Source: Sphyrna mokarran (lineage: Eukaryota). Taken from it: DNA of 64,000 bases. The stretch covers positions 46,872,001 to 46,936,000 of the forward strand of contig JAGIQG010000011.1 of NCBI GenBank assembly GCA_024679065.1. Reading direction: 5' to 3'. Below are positions 10,335 through 22,330 of the stretch, piece by piece; within the stretch, counting starts at the first letter, position 1; every line of letters starts with the position of its first letter. The notes under the pieces are model-generated. The model saw nothing but the letters and a program-made list of their open reading frames with translations, did no database searches and was not told the DNA's origin. The translations under genes were made by a program, and so were the position numbers.

Positions 10335-12620
10335 AACATTTCTCAGATTGCTGTTCTCACTAGGTATTCACTATCCCTTCTTATCTTCCCCTGTCTGATG
10401 CTGAATGTCTGTGCTCAGCAAAGGACTCAATTTTATACCCTTACACCTTCATCTCCGTGAACTTACAGCTCAGCATCATGCTGAACTCTTCTGTTGCCTC
10501 CATCTCTGTGCTCATTTTGAGCAGCATTCTCCTGCTACCTGACCCCGCCTCCTCTCCCTACCATCCCCATCCCCACCACCACCACCAAACATCAAACCAT
10601 AGGTTCCAGGACTGTCACTGACCTTGCCCTCTCTGAGCACCTTTCTTTCCACTGCTTCCAACCTCACAGTCCCCCAACCCTGCTCAGTCTGCTTCCAAAC
10701 TTCTTTCTAAAACCCACAAACAGGAGGTAGTAGATCCACCACTCCTTTCCTGCCCCACTGAATTCATTTCTTCCTATCTTGACTCCACCCTCTCTCCCCT
10801 CGTCCAGTATCTTCCCACATACTTCTGTGATTCCTGTGACATCCTATGTCATATCAATAGTTTCCAGTTTCCTGATCCTAATGGCCATATCTTCACAATG
10901 GACATCGAATCCCTCTACGTCCCCCATTCTCACCAGGATAGTCTTGAGGATCTCCATGTCAGGGATCTGATCAAGTCCATTCATAATATTCTCCTTTGTC
11001 TAACTGAACTTATTTTTGCACTCAACAATTTCCCCTTTAACTTGTCTTACTGGTTGAAAATGAAAGGTGTTATTATGGGTACCCACATGGGCCCCAGTTA
11101 TACCTGTCTTTTTGTGGGATGTGTGGAACATTCCATGTTCCAGTCCTACTCAGGCCCTCTTTCACAAATCTTTTACTAATATATTGATAACTGTATCAGT
11201 GCCACTTCATGTTCTTGTGTCTGGACTTACAAACATTTATCCATTTTCCTTCCAATTTCCACACTTCTCTTGCCTTCACATTTCTGAAACTTCCCTTTCC
11301 TCTGTTTCCACTTCTGGTGTTAGATTGTCTACCAATATTCATTTTCAAGTCCACTGATTCCCACAGCTATTTTGACTACAACTCCTCACTTCATGCTTCC
11401 TGTAAAAACTCCACCCCATTCTCCCAGTATCTGTGCTTTGGTTGCATTTGTTTCACTTGTGTCACCTTACAAAACGGTACATACTCTTGCAACTTCTGAC
11501 ATATCTTCTGTTTTCCTGAATCAAGCTGCCGTAGTAATTCCGCCCCCACCTGTGTTTGACAGGTCCCTCAACTGTGTCTGACCATCTCTTGTCCTTCTGC
11601 CCTCGCCTGTCTCTCCCAGAATCATGATAGGATTCTCTTTGTCTTCACTTTATATTCCACCAGCCTCCATATTCAATGGATTATCCTCCACCAATTCCAA
11701 CATGATGCCACCACCCAAGCAAATCTTTCTCTCCCTTCCCTGTCTGCATTCTGTAGGGACAGTTCCCTCCATGATACTCTGGTCACATCCCCTTCCCATG
11801 CAACCGCGGAAGGTATAATGTGTGTTCTATTACCTCCTCCCTCTTCACTAAAGGCTTGAAACACACCTTTCAGGCGAAGCAGCAATTCGCTTGCACTTCT
11901 TTTAATTTTCTTCACTGGATTCACTGCTCGCAATGCAGTCTCCTCTGCATCAGGGAGACTAAACACAGGCTGGATAACTACTTTGTGGAACGCCTTCACT
12001 CAGTTCACAAAGATGACCTCTATCTCCCTGTCACTTGCCATTTTAACCCACCATCGTGCTCCCAAACCCACATTTTTGTTCTTGGCCTACTGCAAAGTTC
12101 CAGTGAAGCCATCTCAACCTGGAGGAACAGTATGTCAACTCCTGATTTGGCACTTTACAGCCTTTTGGACTTAACATGAAGATGATGAACTTCAGACCAC
12201 GAACTCTGTCCTCCATTTTGATCTTTTTTTCCCCCAACCCTATTCCTTACATGACTATCTGTCACTTGCTTTGCATTCACAGACTGCTGACCCTTGTTCT
12301 GCTAGTAACACATTCTGCCCCCTTTCATTCCATTATTAAGACCTTCTTTTGTCTTCACCACTAACATTAACACTCTTTGTTTTGTGTCCATGACATCTTT
12401 GTCAATTTCTCCTGAACTCCCACGTATACCCGACCGTCTATTCTGCTAGACCTTTTCCATTCCCTTCTCCAATTATATAATCCCCCCCCCCTTCAGCTCT
12501 GAAGAAGAATCACACGGACTTGAAACATTAACTCTCCACGATGCTGCCGGACCTATTGAATCTTGCCATCATTTTCTGTTTTAAGTTCTGATTTCCAGTA
12601 TTTGCAGTATTTTGCTTTTA
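10335..12620 (+). mobile_element. Degenerate Penelope-like retroelement (RT plus GIY-YIG endonuclease, frameshifted)
   Basis: RT motifs MDIESLY, LTELIFALNNF and GVIMGTHMGPSYTCLFVG; GIY-YIG region CTSFNFLHWIHCSQCSLLCIRETKHRL..YFVERLHSV and CHFN; 3' pLTR-like tail containing CTGAAGA...GAAA. Confidence 0.85.
12495..12533 (+). ncRNA. Minimal type-I hammerhead ribozyme motif (degenerate) in the Penelope pLTR (family H2)
   Basis: agct-CTGAAGA(12499-12505)-agaatcacacggactt-GAAA(12522-12525)-cat-t-aact. The inferred consensus stem III palindrome ACGT has decayed to ACAT. Confidence 0.55.
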
Positions 12621-13647
12621 TTATCCAAGCGTATAAATTTTGATAATGGTTTTCTATGATGTGAAAGCCAAAATCACACTTACTCCAGTGACATGTTTCA
12701 TGGTCACCATATGTGATCACCATGTATGCTTGATTGACAAGGTTGGCTCTTGCAATTGACCTCTAATAATAGGCCATCTGCTGAATGTGTCTTGGGCTGT
12801 GCCTGGAGTTAGCTATCACCTGCAAGCATAGTTGAGACCAAGACAAGTTTATGGGTTATACCAAGCACAACTCAGTATTGTGCTACTTTATAATTCCATA
12901 CAACTGAATTCTATAGCATAGTATCACCTACCAGCTGATCAATCTAATATATCTAATAATCTGATAAATATAATCTGCAGATTATATTTTATAATTGACC
13001 TTTCTCTACCTCAGATATTTCTGTAACTGCTATTTGCAGACATTAATTCAGTTATGCTATTCATCAGCTCTTCAGCAGTTCCATTGTTCACTAACTTAGT
13101 AATGTTGTTTTATGTGTGCAAGCATCCTAATATGAATAACACAGTGGCATTATGCTATTCTAACCGAACAGTGGGTGGATCATACTTTCACTCATGTTGA
13201 TTTGCTCTGGATTTCAAACATGTATCATATCTACTGGAGAGATTATGCCAGCCTCATAAATCTAAGGAATGTTAGGCATAGGCATGTTCAGTAGATTTAG
13301 TATTCAGTGGGAGAAGTATTGTCCAGATATAAAGTTGAGAAAATATACAATACATATTTTATAATACAGAAACAAGTTGTTTTTATTCAGTCAACTATTG
13401 TTCCAAGCGGAACAGGCAGTTTGAAATAATAAGTGCTGCTGTATCATCATTTAGTAATTAATACTTTATTAAAGTTGAAGTAAGAATTTAAAAATTATTC
13501 TGATATGAACTGGACATAAGTATAGGTGGTGCAGAATGAGATTTACAAATAACTTCTATGTTCAACATCAAAAGAATCTGTATCCCACTGCAAAATTAAT
13601 AAGGGAAAGCTGCACAGTTTCTTCAACTTGGACAGCTAATTCCATGG

Positions 13648-13984
13648 CATAGAGAATCATAGAAACCCTACAGTAGGCCATACAGCAATTGAGTCTGCAC
13701 CAACCACAATCCCACCAGGCCCTACCCCCATATCCCTACATATTTTACCCACCAATCTCTCAAACCTATGCATCTCAGGACACTAAGGGGCAATTTTAGC
13801 ATGACCAATCAACCTAACCCACCCACCTTTGGACTGTAGAAGGAAACTGACGCACCGGGAGAAAACCCATGCAGACACAAGGAGAACATGCAAATTCCAC
13901 ACAGACAGTGACCCAAGCTGGAAATCAACCAGGTCCCTGGAGCTGTGAAGCAGCAGTGTTAACCACTGTGCTACCATGCTGCCC
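13648..13984 (-). mobile_element. HE1-like tRNA-derived V-SINE
   Basis: Minus strand begins GGGCAGCATGGTAGCACAGTGGTTAACACTGCTGC (A box), continues with the V-domain gtgtggaatttgcatgttctccttgtgtctgcatgggttttctcc, and ends in a CR1-like tail ...ttctatgattctctatg. Confidence 0.85.
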
Positions 13985-14879
13985 TAGCCCATCATATTTG
14001 TAAATTGGTATTCAGAAAATAAGGATTACCTTTCTTACCTTGTCATTTGCTGCATTTGTTAAATATTTATTAAATCATTACGTTAATGCTACAATTGCTG
14101 CAGTATTTCAAATCCCTGATATAGTTAATGGAAATGTTGACTTTGACTTTAGAATTGTACATGTCCTCGATTTATCGTTGCATAAAGATACTGAATACCA
14201 GATAATAATGAATATGTGGGTAGTCCTGGTTATACACCCGACTGAGCACAAGTATTGCACACTGCTCGGTAGGAACAGTCATGTGCAATGCAAGACCAGT
14301 CCCCATGTGAGTGATTGAATTTCTAGGCCGCTGTATTCTTTGGTTTGATTAACTGTTGCTATAAGTTAAAATTGAAAATCATTTAGCTGTACAGTTAGAC
14401 AATTGGATTTTTTTTTAATTAGTTCAACACATTGGTTAGAGGATCTGATGATATTGATGAAATTAGAGGTGTGAATATGCTAGGCTTAATACTATGTCAA
14501 TACTAGTTTTCCTATTCAACTCTGACAGCAGCCATCATTGACACCAACCCCCATTCCAATCCTGAATTAGTCTCAGATTTGTCTGTGATTCTGTGCTGAT
14601 CCTGGATTACTTTCTGACTTGTGCACTTACACTGAATAATCCGGCAATTTTGGTGTTAACTATGGATTATTCTCTGTCCTCTATGTTGACAGTAGATTAT
14701 GCTTTTTCTCTGTGCCAATTCTACACTAATCTAACTTGCTTTGCTTTACTCTGACTTCCATGTTGATCCTGAACTTCTCTCCAATCCCAATACTGACTTG
14801 ATCTCTCTAGTCTTAACATTAATTCTGAATTTCTGCAATATTCTCACTGCCAGAAGCCTGTTTTGTCCTCCATACTGCA

Positions 14880-15150
14880 GAGACGATAGCACAGTGGCAT
14901 TGTCACTGACTTAATAAACCAAAAGCCCAGGATAATATTCTAGATTCAAATCCCACCATGGCAAAAGGTGAAATTTGAATTCAATAAAATTCTGGAATTA
15001 AACCATTGTCAATTGTTGTAAAAACTCAGAAGAAAATCGCCATTCTTGCGTGGTCTAGCCTACTAGTCATTCTAGATCCACTGCAATGTGTTTGATTCTT
15101 AAAATGTCCTCTGTCAAGCCACCCAGAACAATTGGGGATGGGCAATAAAA
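14880..15150 (+). mobile_element. Deu-domain tRNA-derived SINE (SacSINE1-like), degenerate
   Basis: Homologous to the 26678-27040 copy, with a B-box-like gattcaaatccc and the tail ggggatgggcaataaa. Confidence 0.65.
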
Positions 15151-18049
15151 AACAAAATCTATAAATCATCCACAATACCTAAATACTGCTTCCTGGGTAT
15201 TGCCCCGTTTTTATCAAGCATCACCTTCGTATTTAGGATCCCTTTACCATTTCCAGCCATCCAAACTGTTTGACTTCAGGTTCCCTGAATCCTACCTGTG
15301 CTTTTTTCCCTGATGGTATAATAGACCACCCTCTTTTTATGTGGTTTAATTGCTGCTCTCAATCTTTATAGTCATTATTGTGACTGTCATTTTACTGAGT
15401 GAATTGAAGTAACAGCCATGGGAGAGAAAGGCATAGAGTTGGTGACTGAGTTGTTCTTTGTTTTGCCAGTGCTTGAGGCAATGAGGAAGTTCTTCATTCT
15501 GGAGAATTGTAAAAAAAAAATGCCATCCTACCAAATCAAGCAAGCATGGATTAAGCTTGCTGAGACTATTGACAGATGAAATGTAGTGAGGAGGAACTGA
15601 GTTGAATACTGAAAAAAGGTTCAATGATCTTGCTTTTGTAAAATGATTGCAACACCAGACTTGCATCACAGCCGCTGGAATATTCAAACTCCAACAGATA
15701 GACAAACTGAGGAGTTGATGGTATTGAATATGGGTGGAATGTGTGCTCAGGCTGCTTACAGACCTCTCGTGCTCATAGCCCCAGAGCAGTTGAGGAATTG
15801 CCAGAATTGGTACATGCAGTGACCTATGACATTGACCATAGAGGCTTTCTCTATAGCTTTTGCAGAAAAATAGGGCACATTATGCCCATGAAAGGGTGTT
15901 GACAAGAGGAAAAGAGCTCTATTTGTGCATTGTGACCACCATAAAGGAAGCAACAATGGAATGTCCCCAGGAGCAAGTCAGGGAAGCAAAATTTGCATCC
16001 CTAGTGGAGTGGGTGCAAATATTTAAATCAGTAAGTGGAAGGGATGGTGAGCACTCTTTCCCTTCTGACAGACTCCACTAAATTGGGAAGCCTCAGAACT
16101 GCAAAGGCTTCTGTTCTCTAAGACTAGTTCTCCATCTTTTCCTGTTGTTATATTGAGGATAGGCTCAATTGCTTTCCTTCCCTTTGAACTTTATTGCCCT
16201 CAACATGCCCAGAGTTTTTCCTCTCTTGCAGACAATGGTACTCTTCATTTCCACCAGACTCAAAATCTGAGAGTCGTGCTCCCATTACCAGCTGCTGCCT
16301 CTATTGCATTAAGCTGACTCAGAATCTAGAAGCCTTATCTCCCCCCTCATACTCCCACAATATCACAAGGATGACAACCCTCTGCAATGCCTGAGTGCAT
16401 ATAAAACATTCTCCCCACAATATGTGTACACCTGATGGCACTTGTATACAATTTGCTGAGTTCCTCTCTCAGCCATTCTCCCTGTTGTAGGCTCACCTAA
16501 TTTCAGGGAGCAGCCATGATTGGGTCTCCACTGTACTTCCATCTCCATACCCAGGATCTGCTCCTGACACAACTTGCAACTGTGTACACAAATATCAAAC
16601 TGGCCCTCTTTGAACTTTCAGTGAGCCCCTTGTCTAGCTTAACTGACTATTGCCAGATTGGGCAAGCTTCTAGGGCCATTCTTTCCCCATTCTCCCAAAA
16701 GTTGCCAGTGGCAGAAATGGCAAAGAGAAACTAGCTATTTTCAGTACTTAGCCATTTTCATTATTCCCCCAGTAGGATTTAAATATCCTTCCCCTCTTCT
16801 CAGTATTGTTATTAGAGGCTAAAAATTACTTTTCCCCCTGACCCCATTCCATAAATGAGGAACACAGCAGTAGCCTATCTTGGGCTCACCTCCTGTGTTT
16901 GTTATTGCTGTCGCTCTTGTCTCAGCAACAGAGAAAATAATTTGATGCAGAATCTAGCCAAAGTTTGAGTAGACTGATTGTGAAGGCCAAAGATATTAAA
17001 GAAGTTTTCAAAAGATTTATCCTTTTCAATATGCTCCTTTCCCATTGGCAATTATTAATAATTCTGTCATTGGTTGCTGCAGAAAAGTAGTCCTTTGTTA
17101 CATTTTCAGTGATCTCTTTGTTGAATCAGGCCCTGACTTAATGCAGACATATTTTGTTTCAGGATGGAATGATAAAGCCTGGCAGAGATTACAATGGATA
17201 ATATCATTGCCCAGTCCACTTTTTCCATGACATCTGCAAGGAAGCAGGTTGATCCTAGCTTCCAATGGAAATCTAATTGTATTCAAATGGGTGATATATT
17301 CATGCTATTTATTCTTCATAAATTCATCTTGCACAACAAATTTTAAAATGTTAACAAACATAAGGCAGCTATTGAACAGCCAGCAGGAACATCATACCTC
17401 AAGTATGTTGTGGGGAAACCAATCCCAGTTATTTTTCATCTTGGGTAATTTATGAGTTCAGATTCATTTGTATTTCAAAGACGGCTAGGTACTCCCCATA
17501 AAAATGAGACCTCAAAGCAATGCTATAGAGGCAGTAACCCGACATTTCTCCATTTACCTAGAAAATGGAGTTCCCCAAGAACCGGAAAGAAAATCAGCCC
17601 TTTTTATAGTTATTTTGTGAACTACGTTCAGGTGATACGCACTTAGCTATCATCATCCCCATGAGGTAACATAGGCAGCATTTAAGTCTCACAATATTGT
17701 TTGGATTGTTGTTGAAGAAATAGTATGTTGCAGGGGTTAATATTTTCCTTATAAGCAGCAAGATTGTTGTGTTGTAGTAACCCTTTTATTCACTAAGCAC
17801 TTGGCAGTTGAGGAGCTGTGATGCAGTGTCACCTGCTGGCCTGAAGGTTGCACTTTTTGTTAAGTTTCTTTTCCTTGTATTATTAAGATGACGTATATAA
17901 CATGTAGTTGTCATTTCAGACTAGAAACATGATATGGTATTCTTGGTCAAGGCAAACATTTTAGCTGATACAGATCTTCTGAAGATATATTAAATTGTAT
18001 CCTGTAACGCATGATCTGGTGCAGCCTTGTTGGAAACGTATTAAAAAAA

Positions 18050-18220
18050 GAACCAGCACATTGGTCTCGTGCCCATTTGACCGTGTCATTATCTGTTCTT
18101 GGTCGACTGCAATGCTCCAGTGAAGCCTGGTACAAGTTGAAGGAGCAGCATCCCATGTTCTGGAAGATTAGGCATGTTACAGCCCTCAGGACTTGACACT
18201 GAGTTCAACAACTTTACATT
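18050..18220 (+). mobile_element. Penelope-like endonuclease C-terminal fragment
   Basis: HWSRAHLTVSLSVLGRLQCSSEAWYKLKEQH, homologous to 12050-12195. Confidence 0.55.
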
Positions 18221-18289
18221 TTGAGCTTTCTCCTCAATCTTAATCCCTCATTTCTTTCTTTTTAATATTCCAAACATATATTTATTGTT

Positions 18290-18895
18290 TGTGGTGTTGA
18301 TAGTAAGGAGGATAGTTTTGGGCTACGGACTGATATTGATCAGCTGATAAGTTGGATAGTGCAATTATAGATGGAATTTAATCCTATTAAGTGTGAGATG
18401 ATGTATTTTGGAAGGTCTAAGAAGGTAGAGTATACACAATGAACAATAGATCTCTAGTGTACAAGTCCATAAATCCCTGAATGTGGCAGCACAAGTAGAT
18501 AGTGTGGTAAAAAAGGCACGTGGAATATTTGCTTTCATTAAACAGGACATAGAATGTAGAAGCAGGGAGGTCTTGGTACAACTTTATAAAATATTGGTAA
18601 GAGCATGGATGGAATATTGTGTGCAATTCTGGTCACCACACTATTGGAAGGATGTAGTACACTGGAGGGGATGCAGAGGAGATTCATCAGGATGTTGCCT
18701 GTGGTGCATCAGCTGTGAGGAGAGACTGGTGGTTTTCCCTGGAGGCTGAAGGGGATCTGATCAGAAGTGTACAAAATTCGAGAGGCATACATATGGTACA
18801 TCATAAGAATCTTTTCCCTAGGGCAGAGGTGTCTAAGACCAAATGGCATAGGTCATAGGTTTAAAGTGAGAAATAAGTGATTTAGAGGGGAGTCT
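18290..18895 (+). mobile_element. CR1 LINE ORF2 fragment
   Basis: AQVDSVVKKARGIFAFIKQDIECRSREVLVQLYKILVRAWMEYCVQFWSPHYWKD. Confidence 0.85.
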
Positions 18896-18944
18896 ATGAC
18901 TTGAAATGTAAACACTGTTTCTCTCCTCATAGATACAACAACAA

Positions 18945-19422
18945 TGATGTAAGAAAGGGAATTCCAAGATTTTGACCCAACATCAGCAAAGGAACATTGA
19001 TTTTGTCTTTTTGCAAATTAGGATGGTGTGTAGTTTGGTGTTTCCTTGTGTCTGCTCCCCTTGTTCCTCTAGGTGGTAGGGGTTGCATGCTTAGAAAATG
19101 TTGTTAAAGGATGCTTTGAGAGTTTTGCAGTGCATCTTGTAGATAGATAGCATACACTGCTGCCAGTCTGCCTAGATGTTGGAGGGAGTGAATTTTTAAA
19201 GGTGGGGTCCTTTTCAAATGGACTCCTTTGCCCTGAATGGTATTGAGTTTTGAGTGTTGTTAGGCATGCAGACACAGTCTTAGCTTGTGCCTTCCAGATG
19301 CTGGGCAGGCTTTGGTGAATCAACAGCTGAGTTACTCGTACAGAATTCCCAGGCTTCCTGACCTGCTCCTGGAGCCACAGTATTTATATGGCTGGCCCAG
19401 CTAAGTTTCTGGTTGGTGGTAA
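18945..19422 (-). mobile_element. CR1/L2-type LINE (family B) fragment
   Basis: Reverse complement is similar to 31200-31680 and 49700-50300. Confidence 0.6.
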
Positions 19423-19489
19423 TCCCTAGGGGTCTAAGACCAGATGGCGTATGTCATAGATTTAAAGCGAGGAGTAAGTGGTTTAGAGG

Positions 19490-19615
19490 GGAGTCTATGA
19501 CTCGAAACGTTAACTCTGTTTCCCTCCTCATGGATACTGGCAGACCTGTTGAGTTTTTCCAGCATCCTCTGTTCTTATTTCAGATTCCAGCATCTGCAGT
19601 ATATTGCTTATTTTA
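19490..19615 (+). mobile_element. Penelope pLTR tail (family H2), with the 3' half of the hammerhead motif intact (GACTC-GAAA-CGT-T-AACT)
   Basis: Homologous to 12510-12620. Confidence 0.6.
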
Positions 19616-19985
19616 GGCAAAGAATGTAATGTGAAAGAAGAGTTGCAATTGATCAGGTTTTGAGATCATTTCCCCATCACACTTTAGAGGTGAAAGAAAA
19701 GGTGTACTATCAAGTTTAAATAGCAGTTAATTACAATTTTAACCTGTTAATATTGTAAAAGTAAGAAACTCTGTGAAATTGGATTTTTTTTCTTTCTGTG
19801 ATGGGTTGTGAACATCACTGGCAAGGCCAAAATTTGTTGGTTCGTGTTGCTTTTGAGAAATTAGTGATGAGCCATCTTCTTGAACCTCTGCAGGCATGGG
19901 TAGTGTTAAAAGTATTAGTTATAAAAAGCTAGGAACTAATTGTTCAGTGAATATGTTTCACCACATTCATTATCACTGCATGATT

Positions 19986-20585
19986 TTATTGGTGGGGGGA
20001 TTGAATTTCGGAGCCGCAACGTCATGTTGCAACTGTACAAAACTCTAGTGTGGCCGCACTTGGAGTATTGTGTACAGTTCTGGTCCCAACATTATAAGAA
20101 AGATGTGGAGGCATTGGAGAGGGCACAGAGGAGGTTTACCAGGATGTTGCCTGGTATGGAGGGCAGGTCTTATGAAGAGAGGCTGAGGGATTTGAGGTTG
20201 TTTTCGTTAGAAAGAAGGCGGCTAAGAGGAGACCTTATTGAAACATATAAGATGATTAGAGGTTTAGATAGGGTGGACAGTGATAGCCTTTTTCCTAGGA
20301 TGGAGAAAGCTAGCACGAGGGGACATAGCTTTAAATTAAGGGGTGGTAGTTATAGGACGGATGTCAGAGGTAGGTTCTTTACCCAGAGGGTGGTAAGGGT
20401 ATGGAATGCCCTGCCTGCTGCAGTTGTAGATGCGCCAAGTTTGGTGGCGTTTAAGAGGTTAGTAGATAAGCTTATGGATGAAAAGGGAATGGTTTAGGTT
20501 AGAGGGTCATTGCTTTTTCTTAATTGGTCAGCGCAACATCGAAAGCCGAAGGGCCTGTTCTGCACTGTAATGTTCTATGTTCTAT
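19986..20585 (+). mobile_element. Young 5'-truncated CR1 LINE: uninterrupted ORF2 C-terminus, 3'UTR and (TATGTTC)n tail
   Basis: About 170 open codons (FRSRNVMLQLYKTLVWPHLEYCVQFWS...FFTQRVVRVWNALP) to the stop at 20497; tail taatgttctatgttctatg; possible TSD ATGATT at 19980-19985 and 20584-20589. Confidence 0.92.
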
Positions 20586-20589
20586 GATT

Positions 20590-22330
20590 GGCCATCGTCC
20601 AATTCTCAGTCATGTTCTTTTGTGCTAGACCTGACTCCAATCAGTGGAGAGTTTCCCCTGATTCCCATAGACTTCAATTTTGTCATGTCTCCTCAATGCC
20701 ACTGATGAGATGCTGCCTTGAAATCATGGGCAGTACTCTTACCTCATCTCTTGAATTCAGCTCTTTTCTCCTTTCTTTGGACCAAGGCCATAATGAGGTT
20801 TGGAGCCGAGTCAACCTGGTAGATCCCAAACTGAGCATTAGTGACAGGGTTTTACTGACAGAGTTCTTCCCAAAAATGCTGTCAATGACACCTTCCATCA
20901 ATTTGCTATTGATTGAGAAGAGACTGGTAGAGTGGCAGTTGTCTGGATTGGAATATGCTGGAATGTATTGGAAAAGCTCAGCATGTATGGCAGCATCTAT
21001 GGAGAGAGAAATAGAAATAATGTTTGGAGTCTGATATAATTCCTCTTCGGAACAGACTGGATTTGTGCTTTCAATGATCAGGACATACCTGGGTGATTGT
21101 CAGATAGGTACTAATGCTTATCTGTATAGGAACACTTGGCAGAAGTGTGGCTAGTTCTAGGCCAAATTCTTTAGTCCTGTGAATAGGTTGCTGTTACGGC
21201 TGATGGCTTCTGCCATTTATTGATATCACATGGAGTCAATCAAATTGATGAAGGATGAAATGCTGAGGATCTCAAAGAAGCAAAGGTCGATCATTCACTT
21301 GGTATTTCTAGTGAAAATTGATTGCGAACGCTTCAGTCTTGACTTTTGCACTGCTATGCTGGATTCTGCCTCACTGAGGAAGGAAATGTATCTGCAGCCT
21401 TCTCCTTGGTTTGTTGTTAATTGTCCATTACCAATTGCAAATGGCAGGACTGCAGAGGCTTGATCTAATCTGTCTATGCAAGCTGCTACTCCTGTTTTAG
21501 AATGCATTTTTAGGTCCATCTGGTATTGCTTTTGGCATACTGGATTGGTGCCCTGGCTTGCTGGTAGAGTGAGAGATATGCTGAGCCAAGTGTTGCCTGT
21601 GTGTTTGAATATAATTCTGCTGTTATTGATATCCCACAGTGCCTTATGATGTCCAGTTTTGAATTGCTAGATCTGTTCTCAATCTATCCTATTTTGCATG
21701 CGGAAATGCCACAACATGGTGGGTATTCTTGGTCTGAAAGTAGTGGACAATGTCATGAATCAAATGAACCTGTGACACGTACATTGGTGAGGACGAATTC
21801 AAATAGGATTTTTCCTTCATCATTCACTGCTTTTTGTATGCCCAATCTAACAGATATGTTCTTCAGAACTCAGCGAACTTGGTTAGTAGTGATGTTACTG
21901 AGTCACTTATGAGCATTGAAGCTCCCCAGCTAGAGCGCATTCAGCATCCTTGCTATTGTCAGTGGTTCGTCCAAGTGGTATTCAACATGGAAGCATACTG
22001 AGGGAGAACTAATAGATGTTAATAAGGGATTTTCTTGTCTTTGTTTGACCTGATGCCATGAGACTTCATGGGATAGGAGCACCAAATTCAGGTTGGATAA
22101 GCCCTGGGAGTCCTTAACATCAACTCAGAGTCGATGTTGAGGATTCCCACGGCTTATCCAACCTGAATTTGGTGCTCCTGTCCTTGCAATGGAACCGAAG
22201 ATTTGGGAGGAGTTTAGATTACTAGTGAATATAACAACATCAGGATGTTGTTTAACAACTCTCCCAATTTTAGCACAAGCTCCCCCCTCAGATGTTAGTT
22301 GATGAGGTCTTTGCATTGGTAGGATATGCC
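20590..22330 (-). mobile_element. Old CR1/L2-type LINE (family B) internal region, interrupted by a Penelope tail at about 20955-21055
   Basis: Decayed ORF2-like stretches on the minus strand (LSLGSTRLTRLQTSLWPWSKE..ELNSRDEVRVLPM), homologous to the start of the 30680 copy. Confidence 0.6.
22071..22183. repeat. 113-bp near-perfect palindrome (56-bp arms, 1-nt spacer)
   Basis: 22071-22126 is the reverse complement of 22128-22183, with 5 mismatches. Confidence 0.95.

Noticed and set aside
15750-16010. Possible further Myb/SANT Harbinger relic on the minus strand
   Set aside because: Resemblance too weak to support by eye.
19940-20497. Longest ORF (185 aa) as a host gene
   Set aside because: It is the C-terminus of CR1 ORF2; the first ~15 codons are flanking DNA with a TTG start.
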